DNA of 64,000 bases from Thalia democratica (taxonomy: Eukaryota), in NCBI GenBank assembly GCA_965202585.1, contig OZ241827.1, positions 86,490,001 to 86,554,000 on the forward strand, in the 5' to 3' direction. Each line of letters starts with the position of its first letter. Positions within the stretch are counted from its first letter, which is position 1. Both the position numbers and the translations under genes were made by a program. Of this stretch, positions 1-13,278 are shown in pieces. A model generated the notes under the pieces. It saw only the letters and a list, made by a program, of their open reading frames with translations, searched no databases and was not told the DNA's origin.

Positions 1-169
1 TCAATATTTTTAGAATTAACATTGTAACTTTTAAATAAAATTTTTAAGGATTTGAAAAAACTCAAAGAAACTCAGTGAAGTTTAAGCTTACTCAGGGAAG
101 TTTAAGGTTACTCAGAGAAGTTTCTAGACACTCAGGGAAGATTATTTGACTCAAAGAGTGGCAACCCTG
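1..169 (+). mobile_element. 3' end of CAGGGTTGCCA-family MITE (start outside window)
   Basis: Ends GAGTGGCAACCCTG at 169, followed by ACAAAT, the same flank as its duplicate at 6814-7267. Confidence 0.8.
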
Positions 170-421
170 ACAAATAAAAAAATAACTAACAAGAATTATT
201 ATTATAAAACACATAAAATATAATATGTAAAGATAGATCAATCACAACAAAAAAAAAGCTACCATGTAACAGTTATAGTAAAAAAAAAGAAAAACAGTTA
301 ATAAAAAACAAAATAAAAAATAACAAGTTACCAACCAAGGGTAAGAGTTAGAGGTAACAGTGATAGTAAAAAAAAAACTAAAACTAAATTAAGAAAAATA
401 ACAATAATTAAAAATTTAACC

Positions 422-732
422 TGTGCAAAAATGTCTCTGTGCAAAAGTGTCTTCATGGAAAAGTATCTTTGTGTAATGTTTTCCCCCTGAGCAAATTTGA
501 AACCCCACTCAAAGGCAATGTACGTTATCAACATGCTGATTTTCCTGTAGAGGTTACAGAAGACTCCAACAGTGTCAATGCTGATGAATCACCTGAGATT
601 GACAGATGAGTTGAATAAGCACATTTCTGCTCCTTCAGTCCCCATAGAGAATAAGGTGTCACTTAACTTACGCAAGTTAAAAGACTTCAATGCGCCAGGA
701 AAGCTTGGAGTACTTTTAAGGAGGAAAGCTTA
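422..732 (+). pseudogene. Degenerate C-terminal tail of a Gypsy integrase
   Basis: Plus frame reads ...HGKVSLCNVFPLSKFETP...[1-nt insertion]...ENKVSLNLRKLKDFNAPGKLG. The tail matches the remnant at ~27000-27070 (IKSPALHRLRDHNAP*RLE), which follows a recognisable integrase C-terminus. Confidence 0.45.
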
Positions 733-1347
733 GTAAAATAAAAAAAGAGCGCTTTAAAAAAATTGGAGGAGATGTAGCATAATTGAGATCATTTTACTAT
801 TTATTAGTGTGCATTTTATATATAAGTTTATGTTTGTACTTTATTGTTTCATAGTTTTCATTCTCAATAAAGTATTTTAGCTCAAGGAGTTTTTCTTCAA
901 TAGCAACAAACTTTGATTTTTAGATTTAACAAAATTAACATGTATAAAATGCATAAGTATTTTAAGTTCTATAGGATGTAAATATTTCTTTTATTTTGTA
1001 TATAAGTTAAGAAGCAATTAAAATTATATGAATTAATTGTTACACAAGGTTAACAATTTCATCCACTTTTTATTGACTTATATAATAGGTATTTAAAAAG
1101 CTATTTTCTTAAATACTCAAAGTAAATAAATGAACCTTTGAACATTTTTAAAAAGTTAATGACTACTCTGACATAGTAATCTATGTCGTATTTGATTTAT
1201 ATTTTTGGTATAAACTTTTTTGTTCTGTTTTAAAATTAAGTATTAGTTATAGTACTTAAAGTTCTTATCAAGTGGTTAAGTGTTAAATAAGTTTTGAAAT
1301 ACTATATTAAAGAATTTCACAAGAATTGTAAATTCTTTGGTTTACAA

Positions 1348-1686
1348 CAGGGTTTCCCAAACTTTTTTTCATAACTAACTCTTTGAAAAATTTTTAGAAA
1401 CTAATGGCCAGCCCCTGCTCCAATAATATTTTTTCTAAAATCTACTGTGCACAACATATTTTTTTGTTATATCTAGTGTAAGTTTCAAAACCACCCTTAA
1501 ATATTTTTAAACTTTTTTTTATTTATCTTAAACTTGTGAAAACAAAAAAACTTTACTATAAGCTTTAAATTATGACCTTATGCCCCCTTTATTGGTCACG
1601 ACCCCTTTGACTATTTAAGCTTATGGTCTCCTAGCTGTTTAATATGGCTTCCAAGGGGGCTGTTTACACCATTTTGTAAAACCATG
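1348..1686 (+). mobile_element. MITE, CAGGGTTTCCCAAAC family (degenerate 3' TIR)
   Basis: 5' TIR CAGGGTTTCCCAAAC; 3' end TTTTGTAAAACCATG; internal sequence shared with 6285-6594 and 57679-57924. Confidence 0.65.
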
Positions 1687-2459
1687 GTTTAAAGCTTCTC
1701 TAGCTAAATATCAAGCTTAACAGAATATAAAGTTTTGAGAGAACTTTAATAAATGTTAACAAGGCTAATAGAATATTTTTTTGCTGTGTAGCTCATTTTT
1801 TTTGCACTATGACAGTGTTAACACGGAAAATTTTATATAATTAGCTTGACTTTTCAAAATTTTGAACATTTTGCCAGACTTATACCTTCTTAGGTTCATT
1901 TGAAAAAAGTTTCTCCGAGGAATTTATTGATTTTATCAAAAAAACTTAAGCATAACAAAAACAATAAAAACACCTCAATGAAAATTTTTTCTAATGGTCT
2001 GAAAATATGTAGAGTGTTTTTTTTGATGAATGCTACATCTGAAAAATTTCAGCCAAAAATTCTAAGGTGAAAATTTTAAGATCTCATGCAATTTACATAG
2101 AGGTTGTTTTGAGAAAAATGTAAATAGCGTGAAGGTGGTAAAAAGTAGGAGGATAATTTGTTTTGTGCTGTCTATTTATGCGATTTTCAGAATAAAAGTA
2201 TGGATTAAGCAAAATTCTAATGTCTAGGCAACAGATGCAACCTAGTATGCACCTCCAATTAAATACGTAAACTTTCTGTCAGGTTTATTTCTTATTTAGA
2301 CTAGTAACTCTTAGCTACTAACTTTTTATTGAGTAGCTGCTGTGTTCAGAATGTGTACTTCAGCATAAGATACCTGTAATAATAAGTTATTAAAGTGTAA
2401 TAATAAGTAATATAAACTTAATTACTAAAAATTTGCTCTGAACTATGTATAAAATTATA

Positions 2460-4089
2460 ACTAGTCAAGCTAAATCAGTTTTTTATCAAAAGTTGGAAAA
2501 ATTTAGGCTATGATAGTTTTTTTGGGTCAAAATGCGCTAAAGTCTTTTTTTTAGGTTAAAATGACGAAATGTCAGAATTTATCAGCTCTAGTTTTCAAAA
2601 TTCCTTAATTTTCAAAGCCTTAAAATGGTATATTAAATTAAAAAAGTCAGACTAAAATTGCCAAATTTTCCTAGAAACATGTTAAACTATTACCCTATTT
2701 GAAGAAGTAGTTGTTGTATGTTATATTTTTAGTATTAATGATCTGTGGCACGGACACTTCCATAGTAAAAATTTGATATATACACAAAATTGTATTTTGC
2801 AAAATTTTAGAACTCAATTTTTTTTGTTAAATTAACTTATTAAGATCTCTATAATTAAGCACTTAGTTTAGTATATTATGCAACAAGTTTATGGTGATGG
2901 TTTACCTCTTTATACAATTATTTGAGTTCTAAAAATAAGTAAATGCAGATTAAGTAATTTATGTATTTCAAAGTTTTCGTAACAAATAATAGGAAGAAGT
3001 ATTTTATAAAACAGATCAGGGTTGCCACTTAACCTTGAATCCTGGAAAAACCTTGAAAAACCTGAAATTCGATAATTTAGGCGAAAATAACCTGGAAAAA
3101 CCTGGAATTTGAGAAATTTTGAAATGAAACCTGGAAAAACCTGGAATTTTGATCAAAAAACCTGGAAAAACCTGGAGTTTTTAATAATTTTAACATTTTC
3201 AGTACTAAAATTTCAGTTTGACACAAAAAGTCTATCATATAAATAAGATTTTTTGTCATCATCAAAAGATTTTTTTATTGAAAAACACATTTAAAGTAAC
3301 CTTACAGCATCTTTTAAATGTTTTTGTACTCTAAATACAGTTTCTTTTATAGAAATTAACTTAAAACTAAAAATAGACCCAAAAATGTTTACTTTTAGAA
3401 AACCTGGAAAAAATTTGGAAAAAAAGAGTGATAACCCTGAACAGATGAATGGTTTACTTTATTATAATTATTATTAAGTTTTTAAAGTAAGTAAGAGTAC
3501 AAAAAAGTATATTTGATTTTTAGTTCAAGGGTTTTGTTTTATATTATATGAGTGTAATTATTTAATTTATTTAACAGAACATGATTAAGTTTATTTATTT
3601 GTAATATTTGTAGAGTTACCTAGGTTTTGATAATAAATAAGAGTAGATTTCTTTGTAATAAATTTTAATAAGTTAAGTTTTTAAATTACAAGTTTAATAC
3701 AATTTTTTGTTTTGCAAAATTGATTATGATTAAGTTAAAGTATTTTGATTTAAAATTCCCTGCCAGTAGCACAATTGTGACTTTTTGAAATTATTTGCAA
3801 AGAGGCGAGAAAAAAGTATACCTAGATCAGTGCAAAATTTTTATAATTAAGTTTGTATTATTTATTTTTACATTCCAGTATTTTATAATTACAGTTATCA
3901 TTTGCTAAAATTCACTTTTTTTTTATATTGGTCTTGAAATGTGTACTGAATAAGAAGTCAAAATATGGGTACACAAAATGAGTATTTAACTGGAAGTGAT
4001 AAGTTAATACGAACACTTAGAGGAAGGTAAAAGTTGGTCAAAATCTTGAAAAGTCAGGCTAAAATTACAAAATTTTATGTGCAACCCTG
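2460..4089 (+). mobile_element. Long non-autonomous element of the CAGGGTTGCCA family (host of nested MITE 3017-3439)
   Basis: Internal sequence 2500-2830 is homologous to 25150-25540; ends ...GTGCAACCCTG at 4089. The 5' end is degenerate and approximate. Confidence 0.5.
3017..3439 (+). mobile_element. MITE, CAGGGTTGCCA family
   Basis: TIRs CAGGGTTGCCAC / GTGATAACCCTG; internal AAAACCTGGAA repeats; flanked by (A)ACAGAT on both sides. The empty site AACAGAT is at 9493-9499 in the duplicate copy. Confidence 0.9.
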
Positions 4090-4911
4090 TATAATTGTAC
4101 ATTGTAAAATTGGTAATAAGTTTTAACATTTGTAGTTTATTTCGTTAAAACATTAAAAGAAAAAAGTCAGATATGGAATTATATATAAATTTTTGTGTAT
4201 ATATCAAAGTTTCACTATGTAAGTGTCCTTGCAACAGATCATCTATACTAAAAATATAACATACAATAATTATACTTTTTCAAATAGGGTAATAATTAAA
4301 CATGTTTCTGGGAAAGTTAAGCAATTTCAGTCTGACTATATAAAGGACTTTTTATTTAGGTTTACTATTTGAGGCTTTGGAATTTATTTATTTTGTAAGT
4401 AAAATACTATAAAAATTATGCAATTTTATGGCAGCTACCCTTTTTACAGGTTATTGCTTCCTAAATTTCATAAAATTATATTATAATATTTAGTATAAGT
4501 TTTAAAATGACAATTGAAATTGCTTTTGACCTTGTTTGCTCTTCCTCATCAATTCCAGAATATCTAGTGTAAGTTTCAAACTATGACCTCCTGGCCCAAT
4601 AGTGGCCCCTTTACTACTTAAGGACCTTTAAATCTATGTAAAGGCCCCAGGGGGGGCTTTTTGGTCTCTTTTGGGAAACCCTAGTTTATGGCCTATTAGG
4701 ATCCTTTCTTTGTCTTTAAAAGTGTCAACCCTGAATATGAACCAAATTACTGTTTTAATTCTGCTAAATATTGGGTTATTAGTTATTGAAGTCTTTTCAA
4801 TTCACCTCGATGAGTAATATCATAGTATTAATTGTTTTTACTGACAAAAACAAATCTTGTGTCTCATCTTTTGCATATTACTTATCTTTCAACCTAAGGG
4901 CATAGGGGGAT

Positions 4912-5551
4912 CCACCTTTATTTTTACAAGTTAATCTTATTGTTAATATCTTATATTAAATAGTTTTAACTAAGCTACAAGATGCTTTTTACAGATTTGA
5001 AAAACTCAAATTATTTTTTGAGATATAGCCGGTTAAAGTCGGAGGCAACTTTAGGATCCTTATGGGAGGTGCAAACTAAAATGGCAAATAACTAGAAATC
5101 ACTAAAAATATTTATCCTCCTACTTTTTTTGAGATAACTACCTCAAATTTTCAGGAAATGTTCCTTGCAATATTTAGAAAATTATGTTAGAAAAAATTAA
5201 AAAAAATAAAAACTAAAAATTTTATAATAAAAAAAAAAGATCTGTTTTAAAACTTTTATATAAGATTTTTATTTTCTTAAATTCTATCCAACAGAATTTT
5301 CTAAATATATCAAGGAAAATTTCCTGAAAGTATAAGGTATTTATCCAAAATAACGTAGGAGAAGATAGAATTTTAGTGAAATAGTCTATTTTTGCTGTTT
5401 TAGTTTGCGCCTCCCATATGAACCTTTTGTAGTCTCTGACTTTGACGCAATATATCTCAAAAATTCTTTTTATTTTTTAAATCTGTAAAAAGCATTTTGT
5501 AGCTTAGTAAAAACTATATAAAATAAGATTAAATTTCAAAAAAAAAGGTGT
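4912..5551. mobile_element. Foldback / long-TIR MITE-like element
   Basis: ~4912-5210 is an imperfect reverse complement of ~5280-5551 (e.g. ACTAAGCTACAAGATGCTTTTTACAGATTT vs AAATCTGTAAAAAGCATTTTGTAGCTTAGT). Termini are approximate. Confidence 0.7.
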
Positions 5552-6284
5552 TTGATGTTTTTAATAGCAGATTTTTTAGTAATCTTTTTAAAGGAGGCCA
5601 TACCTTTTTTAACTTGATTAATCGGCGCTTTTTGATAAAAAGTTTAGGAAACCTAGCATTACATTGTTATGTATTTATACTTGTAGGTTAGACATCTCTA
5701 GTACTGCTCACAGGCAGAATACCCATAATACTTCAATTTGTCTATTGAAAATATTTGTTCAATCATAAAGAAGTTCATTACTTTAAGTGAATGTAGTTTC
5801 TGATATCCTCCAGTTCCATCAATAACACATTATTATATTTTTTTAATTATACCTTTAAAGATTTAAGATATTAAGTAATATAAATTTTATAGTTCATTGT
5901 TGTTTTGAGTTTCATTAGTTGGCTACTTTAATGTTTGTAAAATCTACGAATTAAGAATTTCATACAAATTTTAAATAACAACAAACTTAGGTTTTTAGAT
6001 TTTACTTCATCAACATGTATAAAATGTATACTGATTTTTTATTCCATTAGCTGTAAATACTTAATTTATTTTGCACAATAATTAAGAAATATTTATACAT
6101 TTGAAGTTCTTGAAAACCTCAGGATACTCAGAATATTTTTACTTTTTATATATTCAGGATGACTCCAGGCAGTTTTTTTAAATCTCATTATAGTTTTAAC
6201 ATTACTTGAAAATCATAGGGAAGATTTTTATATAGATCTCAAACACAGTCTCCCAATTTTTTTTTTGAATTAATTTTTTTTTGG

Positions 6285-6594
6285 TAGGATTTCCCAAACT
6301 TTTTTCAAATGTCCTCCTTTAAAGAAATTGAAAAGCTATGGCCCCCTTCAACTAAATTACTCTAAAAACTACCATTGAAAGCACTTAAGACCTTTTCTCT
6401 TCATCAACAACTCTAGAATATATAGTGTATGCTAAAGCTACCATTAAAACACCTAAGACTTTTTTTTTACTCTTCATCAACAACTCCAGAAAATTTGATG
6501 TGAGTTTCAAATTATGACCTTGTAGACCCCCTTTGGCCCCTTTACTGATCATGGCCTACTGAGTATCTGTCATGGCCCACTTTAGGAAATCCTG
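6285..6594 (+). mobile_element. MITE, CAGGGTTTCCCAAAC family
   Basis: TAGGATTTCCCAAAC ... TTTAGGAAATCCTG termini; internal TATGACC/GGCCCC motifs shared with 1348-1686. Confidence 0.65.
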
Positions 6595-6813
6595 ATCTAG
6601 AATACGATATAGTTGATCCAGTTTTAATTTTTTGTTACATATAAACCCACTTATGTTCAACAACATGATTTTTATTGGAATTTGTCAGAAATGCACAAAG
6701 ACACTTTAAGACGAGGGTAAAAAAACTGATAAAATAACTAAAAGATAAATTAATAAAAAAAATACTGACCAAGTGGAAGGGTTAGGGGTAACAGTGATGG
6801 TAAATTTACAAAT

Positions 6814-7267
6814 CAGAGTTGCCACACACTCAGGTAATTCAAGGAAACTCAGAGAATCTTTAGTTATAGACAATCTCGGGGAAAATCAGGGAATTTCGAT
6901 TCTATTTTTTAAACTCAGGGAAACTCAAGGCAGTTTTCATTTTTTCTAAAAATTTCAGAGAAATTTTAAGAAATTTCAAAAATCTCAGGAATTTTTTTTT
7001 ATAGATCTAGAATGAGATCTATTTAATCCTTTTTCAAAATTTTGTTCAAAACAGTTAATTTTATTTATTCTTAAGTGCTTATTTCGAAATTTTTAAGCCT
7101 TGCGGCTAGTTCTTCAATATTTTTTGAACATTGTAGTTTTTTAAATAAATAATAAAATTTTTAAGGATTTGGAAAAAACTCAACGAAACTCATGTAATTT
7201 TAAGGTTACTTAGAGAGATTTATAGTCACTCAGGGAAGTTTATTTGACTCAAAGAGTGGTAACCCTG
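6814..7267 (+). mobile_element. MITE, CAGGGTTGCCA family, 6-bp TSD ACAAAT
   Basis: CAGAGTTGCCAC ... GTGGTAACCCTG; ACAAAT directly on both flanks; internal ACTCAGGGAA repeats. Confidence 0.85.
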
Positions 7268-10200
7268 ACAAATAAAAAAATAACTAATAAAAATTATTAT
7301 TAATAAACACAAGAAAAATGATTAGATAAAAGTAAATCAATCACAAAGAAAAAAAGCTATCTGGTAAATGGGGTAACAGTGATAGTATAAAAGAAATGAT
7401 AAACAAAACAAAAAATAATAAGTTACCGACCAAGGGTAACATATAAGGTAACAGTGATAGTAAAAAAAAGAAAACTAAAATTAAATTCATTAAAAAGATA
7501 ATAAAATAACAATAAATGAAAAGTTTAACCTGTGCAAAAATGTCTCTGTGCAAAAGTGTCTTCATGGAAAAGTATCCTTATGTAATTTTGTCCCCTTGAG
7601 CAAATTTGACACCCCACCCAAAGGCAATGTACGTTATCAACATGCTGATTGTCCTGTAGAGGTTACAGAAGACTCCAACGGTTCCAATGCTGTTGAAACA
7701 CCTTAGATTGACAGAGAGTTGAGTAAGCACATTTCTGCTCCTTCAGACCCCATAGAGAATAAGGTGTCACTTGCCTTGCGCCGGTTAAAAGACTTCAATG
7801 TGCAAGGAAAGCTTGGAGTACTCCAAAATAAGAAAAGAGCGCTTTAAATAAATTGGAGGGGATAAAGCACAATTGAGATCATTTTACTATTTATTAGTGT
7901 GCATTTTATATATAAGTTTATATTTGTACTTATATTGTTTCAGATTTTTCAATCTAAATAAAGTATTTAAGCACAAGGAGTTTTTCTTCAATAGCAACAA
8001 ACTTTGATTTTTAGGTTTTATAAAATTAACATGTATAAAATGCATAAGTATTTTTAGTTCTATTGGCTGTAAATAATACTTTTATTTTGTATATAAGTTA
8101 AGAAGCATTTAAAACAATATGAATTTATTGTTACACAAGGCTTAACAATTTCATCCACTTTTTATTGACTTGATGAAATAATAGGTATTTAGAAAACTAT
8201 TTCCCAAATTTTTTTCCCTAACTAACTCTTTGAAAAGTTTTTAAAAACTAATTGCTGGCCCCTCCTCCAATATTATTTCTCAAAAATGTACTGTGCACAA
8301 AGTATTTTTTTGTGATATCTAGTGTAAGTTTCAAAACCACCCTTAAATATTTTTAAACTTTTTTTTATTTATCTTAAACTTGTGAAAACAAAAAAACTTT
8401 ACTATAAGCTTTAAATTATGACCTTATGGCCCCTCTATTGGTTACGACCCCCTTTGACTATTTAAGCTTATGGCCTCCCAGCTGTTTAATATGGCTCCAA
8501 GGGAGCTGATTACACCACTTTGTGAAACCATAGTTTAGAACTTTTCTACCTAAATATCAAGCTTAACAGAATATTAGGTTTTGAGAGAACCTTAATAAAT
8601 GTTAATAAGTATTATAGAATATTTTTTTGCTGTGTAGCTCATTGTTTTGCACTATGACAGCATTAACACAAAAAGTTTTGTAAGTTTATTTTGACCTTCA
8701 AGATTTTGAACAAATTGCTTTTACCTTCTTCTTAGATTCATTTGAAAAAAGATTCTCAGAGGAATTTCTTGGTTTCTTCAAAAAAACTTAAGGCAAACAA
8801 AAATGATAAAAAGTACAGAAAATCTAAAAATACCTCAATGAAAATTTTTTCAAATGTTTTTGAAAATGCATAAAGTGTATTTATTTGATGATTGCTACAT
8901 CTGAAAAATTTCAGCCAAAATCTCTAAGGTCAAAATTTTAAGAAGGCTTAATCAGTTTTTTTATGAAAAATTGGAAAGATTTAGACTAAGATAATTTTTT
9001 GGGGTTGAAATGCGCACAAGTCAGCTTTTTAGGTTGAAATGGCAAAATGTCAGAATTTGTCAGTTCTAGTTAAACATTTCTTTAATTTTTAAACCCTTAA
9101 AATAGTAAATTAAAAAAGTCAGACTAAAATTGCAAAATTTTCCTAGAAACATGTTAAAATATTACCCTATTTGAACAATTAGTTGTTATATGTTATCATT
9201 TTAGTATTGATGATCTGTTGCAATGACACTTCCATAATTAAAATTTGATATATACACAAAATTCTATTTTGAAAAATTTTAGAAGTTGACTTTTTTTGTT
9301 CAAGTAAGTTATTAAGATATCTATAATTAAGCACTTAGTTTAGTATTTTATGCAGCAAGTTTATGGTGATGTTTTACCTCTTCATACAATTATTTCAGAG
9401 TTATTTAAATTTTAGAAATAAGTAAAATCATATTATGTGATTTATGTATTTTAAAGGTTACGTAACGAATAATAGGAAGAAGTGTTTTATTTAACAGATG
9501 AATAGTTTACTTTATTATACTTATTACTAAGTTTGTAAAGTAAGTAAGAGAACAAATAAACTTATTTTAATTTTAGTTTAAGGTATTTTATGTTATATGT
9601 GTGTAAGTATTTAATTTATTTAACAGAACTAGAGTTTACTTATTTTTAATATTTTATAGAATTAATCAAGTTTTTAAAATAAATAAGAGTGTATTTCTTT
9701 GTAACAAATTTTCAAAAGATAAGTTTTTAAATTACAAGTTTAATATAATTTTTTGTTTTGCAAAATTGATTATGATTTAGTTAGAATATTTTGATTAAAA
9801 ATTCCTGCCAGTAGTTTACTTCACATTTGTGTCTTTTTCAAATTATTTGCAAAGAGGCAAAAAAAAAAGTATACTTAGATCAGTGCAAATTTTTTATAAC
9901 TAAGTTTGTAACATTTATTTTTACAATCCAATATTTTATAACTACAGTTGTCATTTGCTAAAATACACTTTTTTTATATTGGTTCTGAAATGTGTACTGA
10001 ATAAGAAGTGCGTACTTGTCAAAATATGGGTACACAAAATGAGTATTTAACTGGAAGTGATTAGTTAATACGAACACTTAGAGGAAGGTAAAAGTTGGTC
10101 AAAATCTTGAAAAGTCAGGCTAAAATTACAAAATTTTACGTGCAACCCTGTATACTTTTTTCTTACTGCTTACCTCTTTGCAAATAATCTTTCAAATGTG

Positions 10201-10590
10201 AAGTAAACTACTGACAAAAAAATTCTAATTAAAATAATAAACCTAAATTATAACTAATTCTTCAAAACTAAAATTGGTAATAAGTTTAAACATTTGTAGT
10301 TTACTTCCTTCAAACATTAAAAGAAAAAAGTCAGATATAGAATTATATATAGATTTTTGTGTATATATCAAAGTTTCACTATGTAAGTGTCCTTGCAACA
10401 GATCATCTATACTAAAAATATAACATACAATAATTATACTTTTTCAAATAGGGTAATAATTAAACATGTTTCTGGGAAAGTTAAGCAATTTCAGTCTGAC
10501 TATATAAAGGACTTTTTATTTAGGTTTACTATTTGAGGCTTTGGAATTTATTTATTTTGTAAGTAAATTACTAGAAAAATTATGCAATTT
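7110..10590 (+). repeat. Segmental duplication, copy 2 (partner 1-4420)
   Basis: See copy 1; this copy lacks the 3017-3439 MITE and ~2080-2460. Confidence 0.9.
7530..7846 (+). pseudogene. Duplicate degenerate Gypsy integrase C-terminal tail
   Basis: LCKNVSVQKCLHGKVSLCNFVPLSKFDTPP...ETP*IDRELSKH...ENKVSLALRRLKDFNVQGKLGVL; one in-frame stop, at a different position from the lesion in copy 1. Confidence 0.45.
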
Positions 10591-10803
10591 TAGTTTGACT
10601 TTATGAATTTTTAGATTAGTTTTTACCATTTTTAGGTATTAAAAATTAAGTAATTTTGTAGATTACAACTGACAAATTCTAGAATTTTGCCATTTTGACC
10701 AATAGAAACTAATTTTTTGTCATTTTTACCACAGAAAAACTGCCTTAGCCTGATTTACTCCAATTAAAAAAGAAAGATTTAGCCTGACCAGTAGCAGCCC
10801 TGC
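10151..10803 (-). mobile_element. Inverted partial copy of the long CAGGGTTGCCA-family element
   Basis: 10272-10770 is the reverse complement of ~8965-9330; ends in GTAGCAGCCCTG (reverse strand CAGGGCTGCTACTGGTCAGG, like the start of 25054-25939). Confidence 0.6.
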
Positions 10804-11141
10804 TATGAGTTTGTTTTATATTTTAAAAATAAAAGCTTGATTACACATAAATCTATGTGATTTTCATCAAAAAACTGTTTTTATACATTTTCATTTACAA
10901 AAAACTTAAGTTCTTTAAAATTCAATCCATCTCAAGCCTTTGTTTAAAGCATATTTAAGAATTTAATCCTACAACAGAACATGGCTTTTTTAAATCCAAT
11001 TTACATTATCACCTTTATAAAGTACTTTAAAATAAACTCAATTAAACAAATATTTTCTCAAGTGAAAGAAACCAAAGCTAAAAGCTATAATTTTAACATT
11101 TTCCATTAATCACAGGTATCAAATTAAAGAAATAAAACATA

Positions 11142-11429
11142 ATGGTCAAACAAAAAGATTTTGTTGTCAATGTTTTCAAAAACAAGGAGCGTAGGTTTAC
11201 ACGAGAGGCAGCCAACATTAATTTTCTTGAGCTTATGGCCAAGAACAGAGAGTTTCAACAGCTGTGCCAAGCTGCTCTACAAACTTTTGAAGAAAAAATA
11301 GGTATACAAGAAGGCTGAATTGCAGAAGGTTGGGATACAGACTTACTGAAAGTGGAGGAAGAAAGAGGATAATTACAGAAGAAATACTTTAAAAGAAATG
11401 GAAAAAAAAAATTCAGAGGTTGGTTATAA
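11142..11429 (+). pseudogene. Degenerate coding-like island, unidentified
   Basis: GC-richer island reading MVKQKDFVVNVFKNKERRFTREAANINFLELMAKNREFQQLCQAALQTFEEKIGIQEG*IAEGWDTDLLKVEEERG*LQKKYFKRNGKKKFRGWL*, one frame with two internal stops. Confidence 0.35.
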
Positions 11430-13278
11430 AAAATTATGTATGTAAGAATAGTATTAGAGGTTTAAGTAGGGGTAGGGAGAACAGCATAATTTTTTGGACA
11501 TATTGTAAAATTCACATTTTGATATATGATTCTAATGTGTTTTGGCTTCATTAAGAAGAATTAAAAAAGAATAACTTTCAAAAAATAAAATGCTGCACAA
11601 AAAACTAATTTCAATCCCAATAATCACATGTTTTTTGTTTTTTGATATAAATAGTTATAAAGTTACTAATACATGTCCTAACTTTTAATTCAAATCTTAA
11701 ATGAAAGCTTATACATATAGACATACATTTAAAGACATTTCAACTGCTGTTATTTAATATGTATATTAGTTTAGTTGATGTGGTATGTATATTAGAGCCA
11801 TGATTCTTTTAGGTATTAGTGTTTAAAAAAACTTTATCTAATTATTCAATTTATCACAACAAAATAATGAAATATTATAAAGTAAAAATTTTTTATAGGC
11901 AAGATAATGTTGCATGGCTTGAGATGAATAAATTAAGATTTATAGTCAATTTTTGAATGATTTGGTTTTTTTATGTGTTCAATATTGTTTTTTAATTCTT
12001 GCTTATTTTTTATCTTAAAGTGGCAAAAAAGTCTATTTGGTATTTTGAAAAACTTATTTAAGAAACAAATTGGTATGCCTTGATAGTAGTAGATGCTGTC
12101 AATGTAATAAGATGTAAATGGAATATATAAAATGTGTATAAGTTTAATAAAATGTAAAATTCTGTATTATATGTTTTAAAAATGCTTTGATTAAAGGTAT
12201 AGTTCGCTTCTTTTTACAAAAAAATAGATTGTTAAAAATTACTATTTAGCTTTGTGATACTTTATTTTTTTGGATTTAGTTTGTCAAATATAAAATTATA
12301 TATTTACTATTTACTCGTTTTTTCTAAAAATTAGCTTTGAATTTTGTATATTTAACAATGTTTTAATAATGCGAATAATTTTCTTTGGTATAAATTTACA
12401 CACCTTTTCGTGAAAATGTATATAGTAAATAGCTTATATTGTTTTTTTTAACTTGAATGCTGTATGCCAGAATTCCAAATTAAAGAGTTCTTAATACTGA
12501 ATAAACGTTTGTTTGTTTAAACTAAAAATTTAATGCTTTAATATTTAAGTGGCAACTATGCTCTATACATTAACTTTCTTTAAATCACCCAACTTAATTT
12601 AAAAGTCCCTGATAAAAAAGTCCATATTGGTTTTTTAGTACAAAGTGTCTTTTAGTCCAAAATAGTAGTTTTTAACTTATACTCTTAAATTTATTATCTA
12701 AGTAAATCATTTTAATAAAGATGATGAGTAGGCCTTTTAGTATGGAATAATTTTGTGTTTTTTTTTAGTTTTTAGACAGATTTAAATACTTAAAAAAGTT
12801 AAAAAAGTTTATTTAATAATGTATATCTTATAGAGGTATTTGACTTATTATTTCAAGTAAAAATGTATTAAATATTTGTCATTTCACTAAGCATTTTATT
12901 ATACCTTTGGTACATAAAAATTAAGTATAGTATTTTAACTAGACTAACCAGTTATTATTTTACTAAAAATAAACTCAGGATTTTTTTGCTTAAAGTTTAA
13001 AATGAAACAGTATAAACATTTTGTTAAGATTTTAATCTAGAAACAAGTTTATTTTTAGGAATATTTATATAATTTAAGTCACAAAAAATGCCTTTGTTTT
13101 TTAAGAACTTTCATATAAATTTTGGCCACTTTAAGTTACATTATATAATTTTTTACTTGAAAGGATCTCTTGGGTGTGTGTCATAAAAGCTAACTTTTTT
13201 GTGTGAGATTTTAAAAGAAATAATTAAATGTGCTAACAGGAAACTACTAATTATTTTTTATTATATCAGTATAGTTTT

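Larger units (their letters stand above)
1..4420 (+). repeat. Segmental duplication, copy 1 (partner ~7110-10590)
   Basis: Collinear matches, e.g. 430-720 vs 7540-7830, 3961-4089 vs 10022-10151, 4110-4420 vs 10272-10590, with indels and differential MITE insertions. Confidence 0.9.

Noticed and set aside
328-534. Hydrophobic membrane peptides (also 7341-7565)
   Set aside because: The hydrophobicity comes from T-rich low-complexity DNA; they are antisense to the integrase-tail remnant.
3077-3265. Short ORFs in MITEs (also 25248-25496, 57623-57814, 24165-24368)
   Set aside because: They lie wholly within non-coding repetitive elements and have no coding signature.
7530-7820. 291-nt minus-strand exon with AG/GT ends in both duplicates
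   Set aside because: All three minus frames have stops shared by both copies, whereas the plus frame has only private lesions and matches the 27-kb integrase tail.
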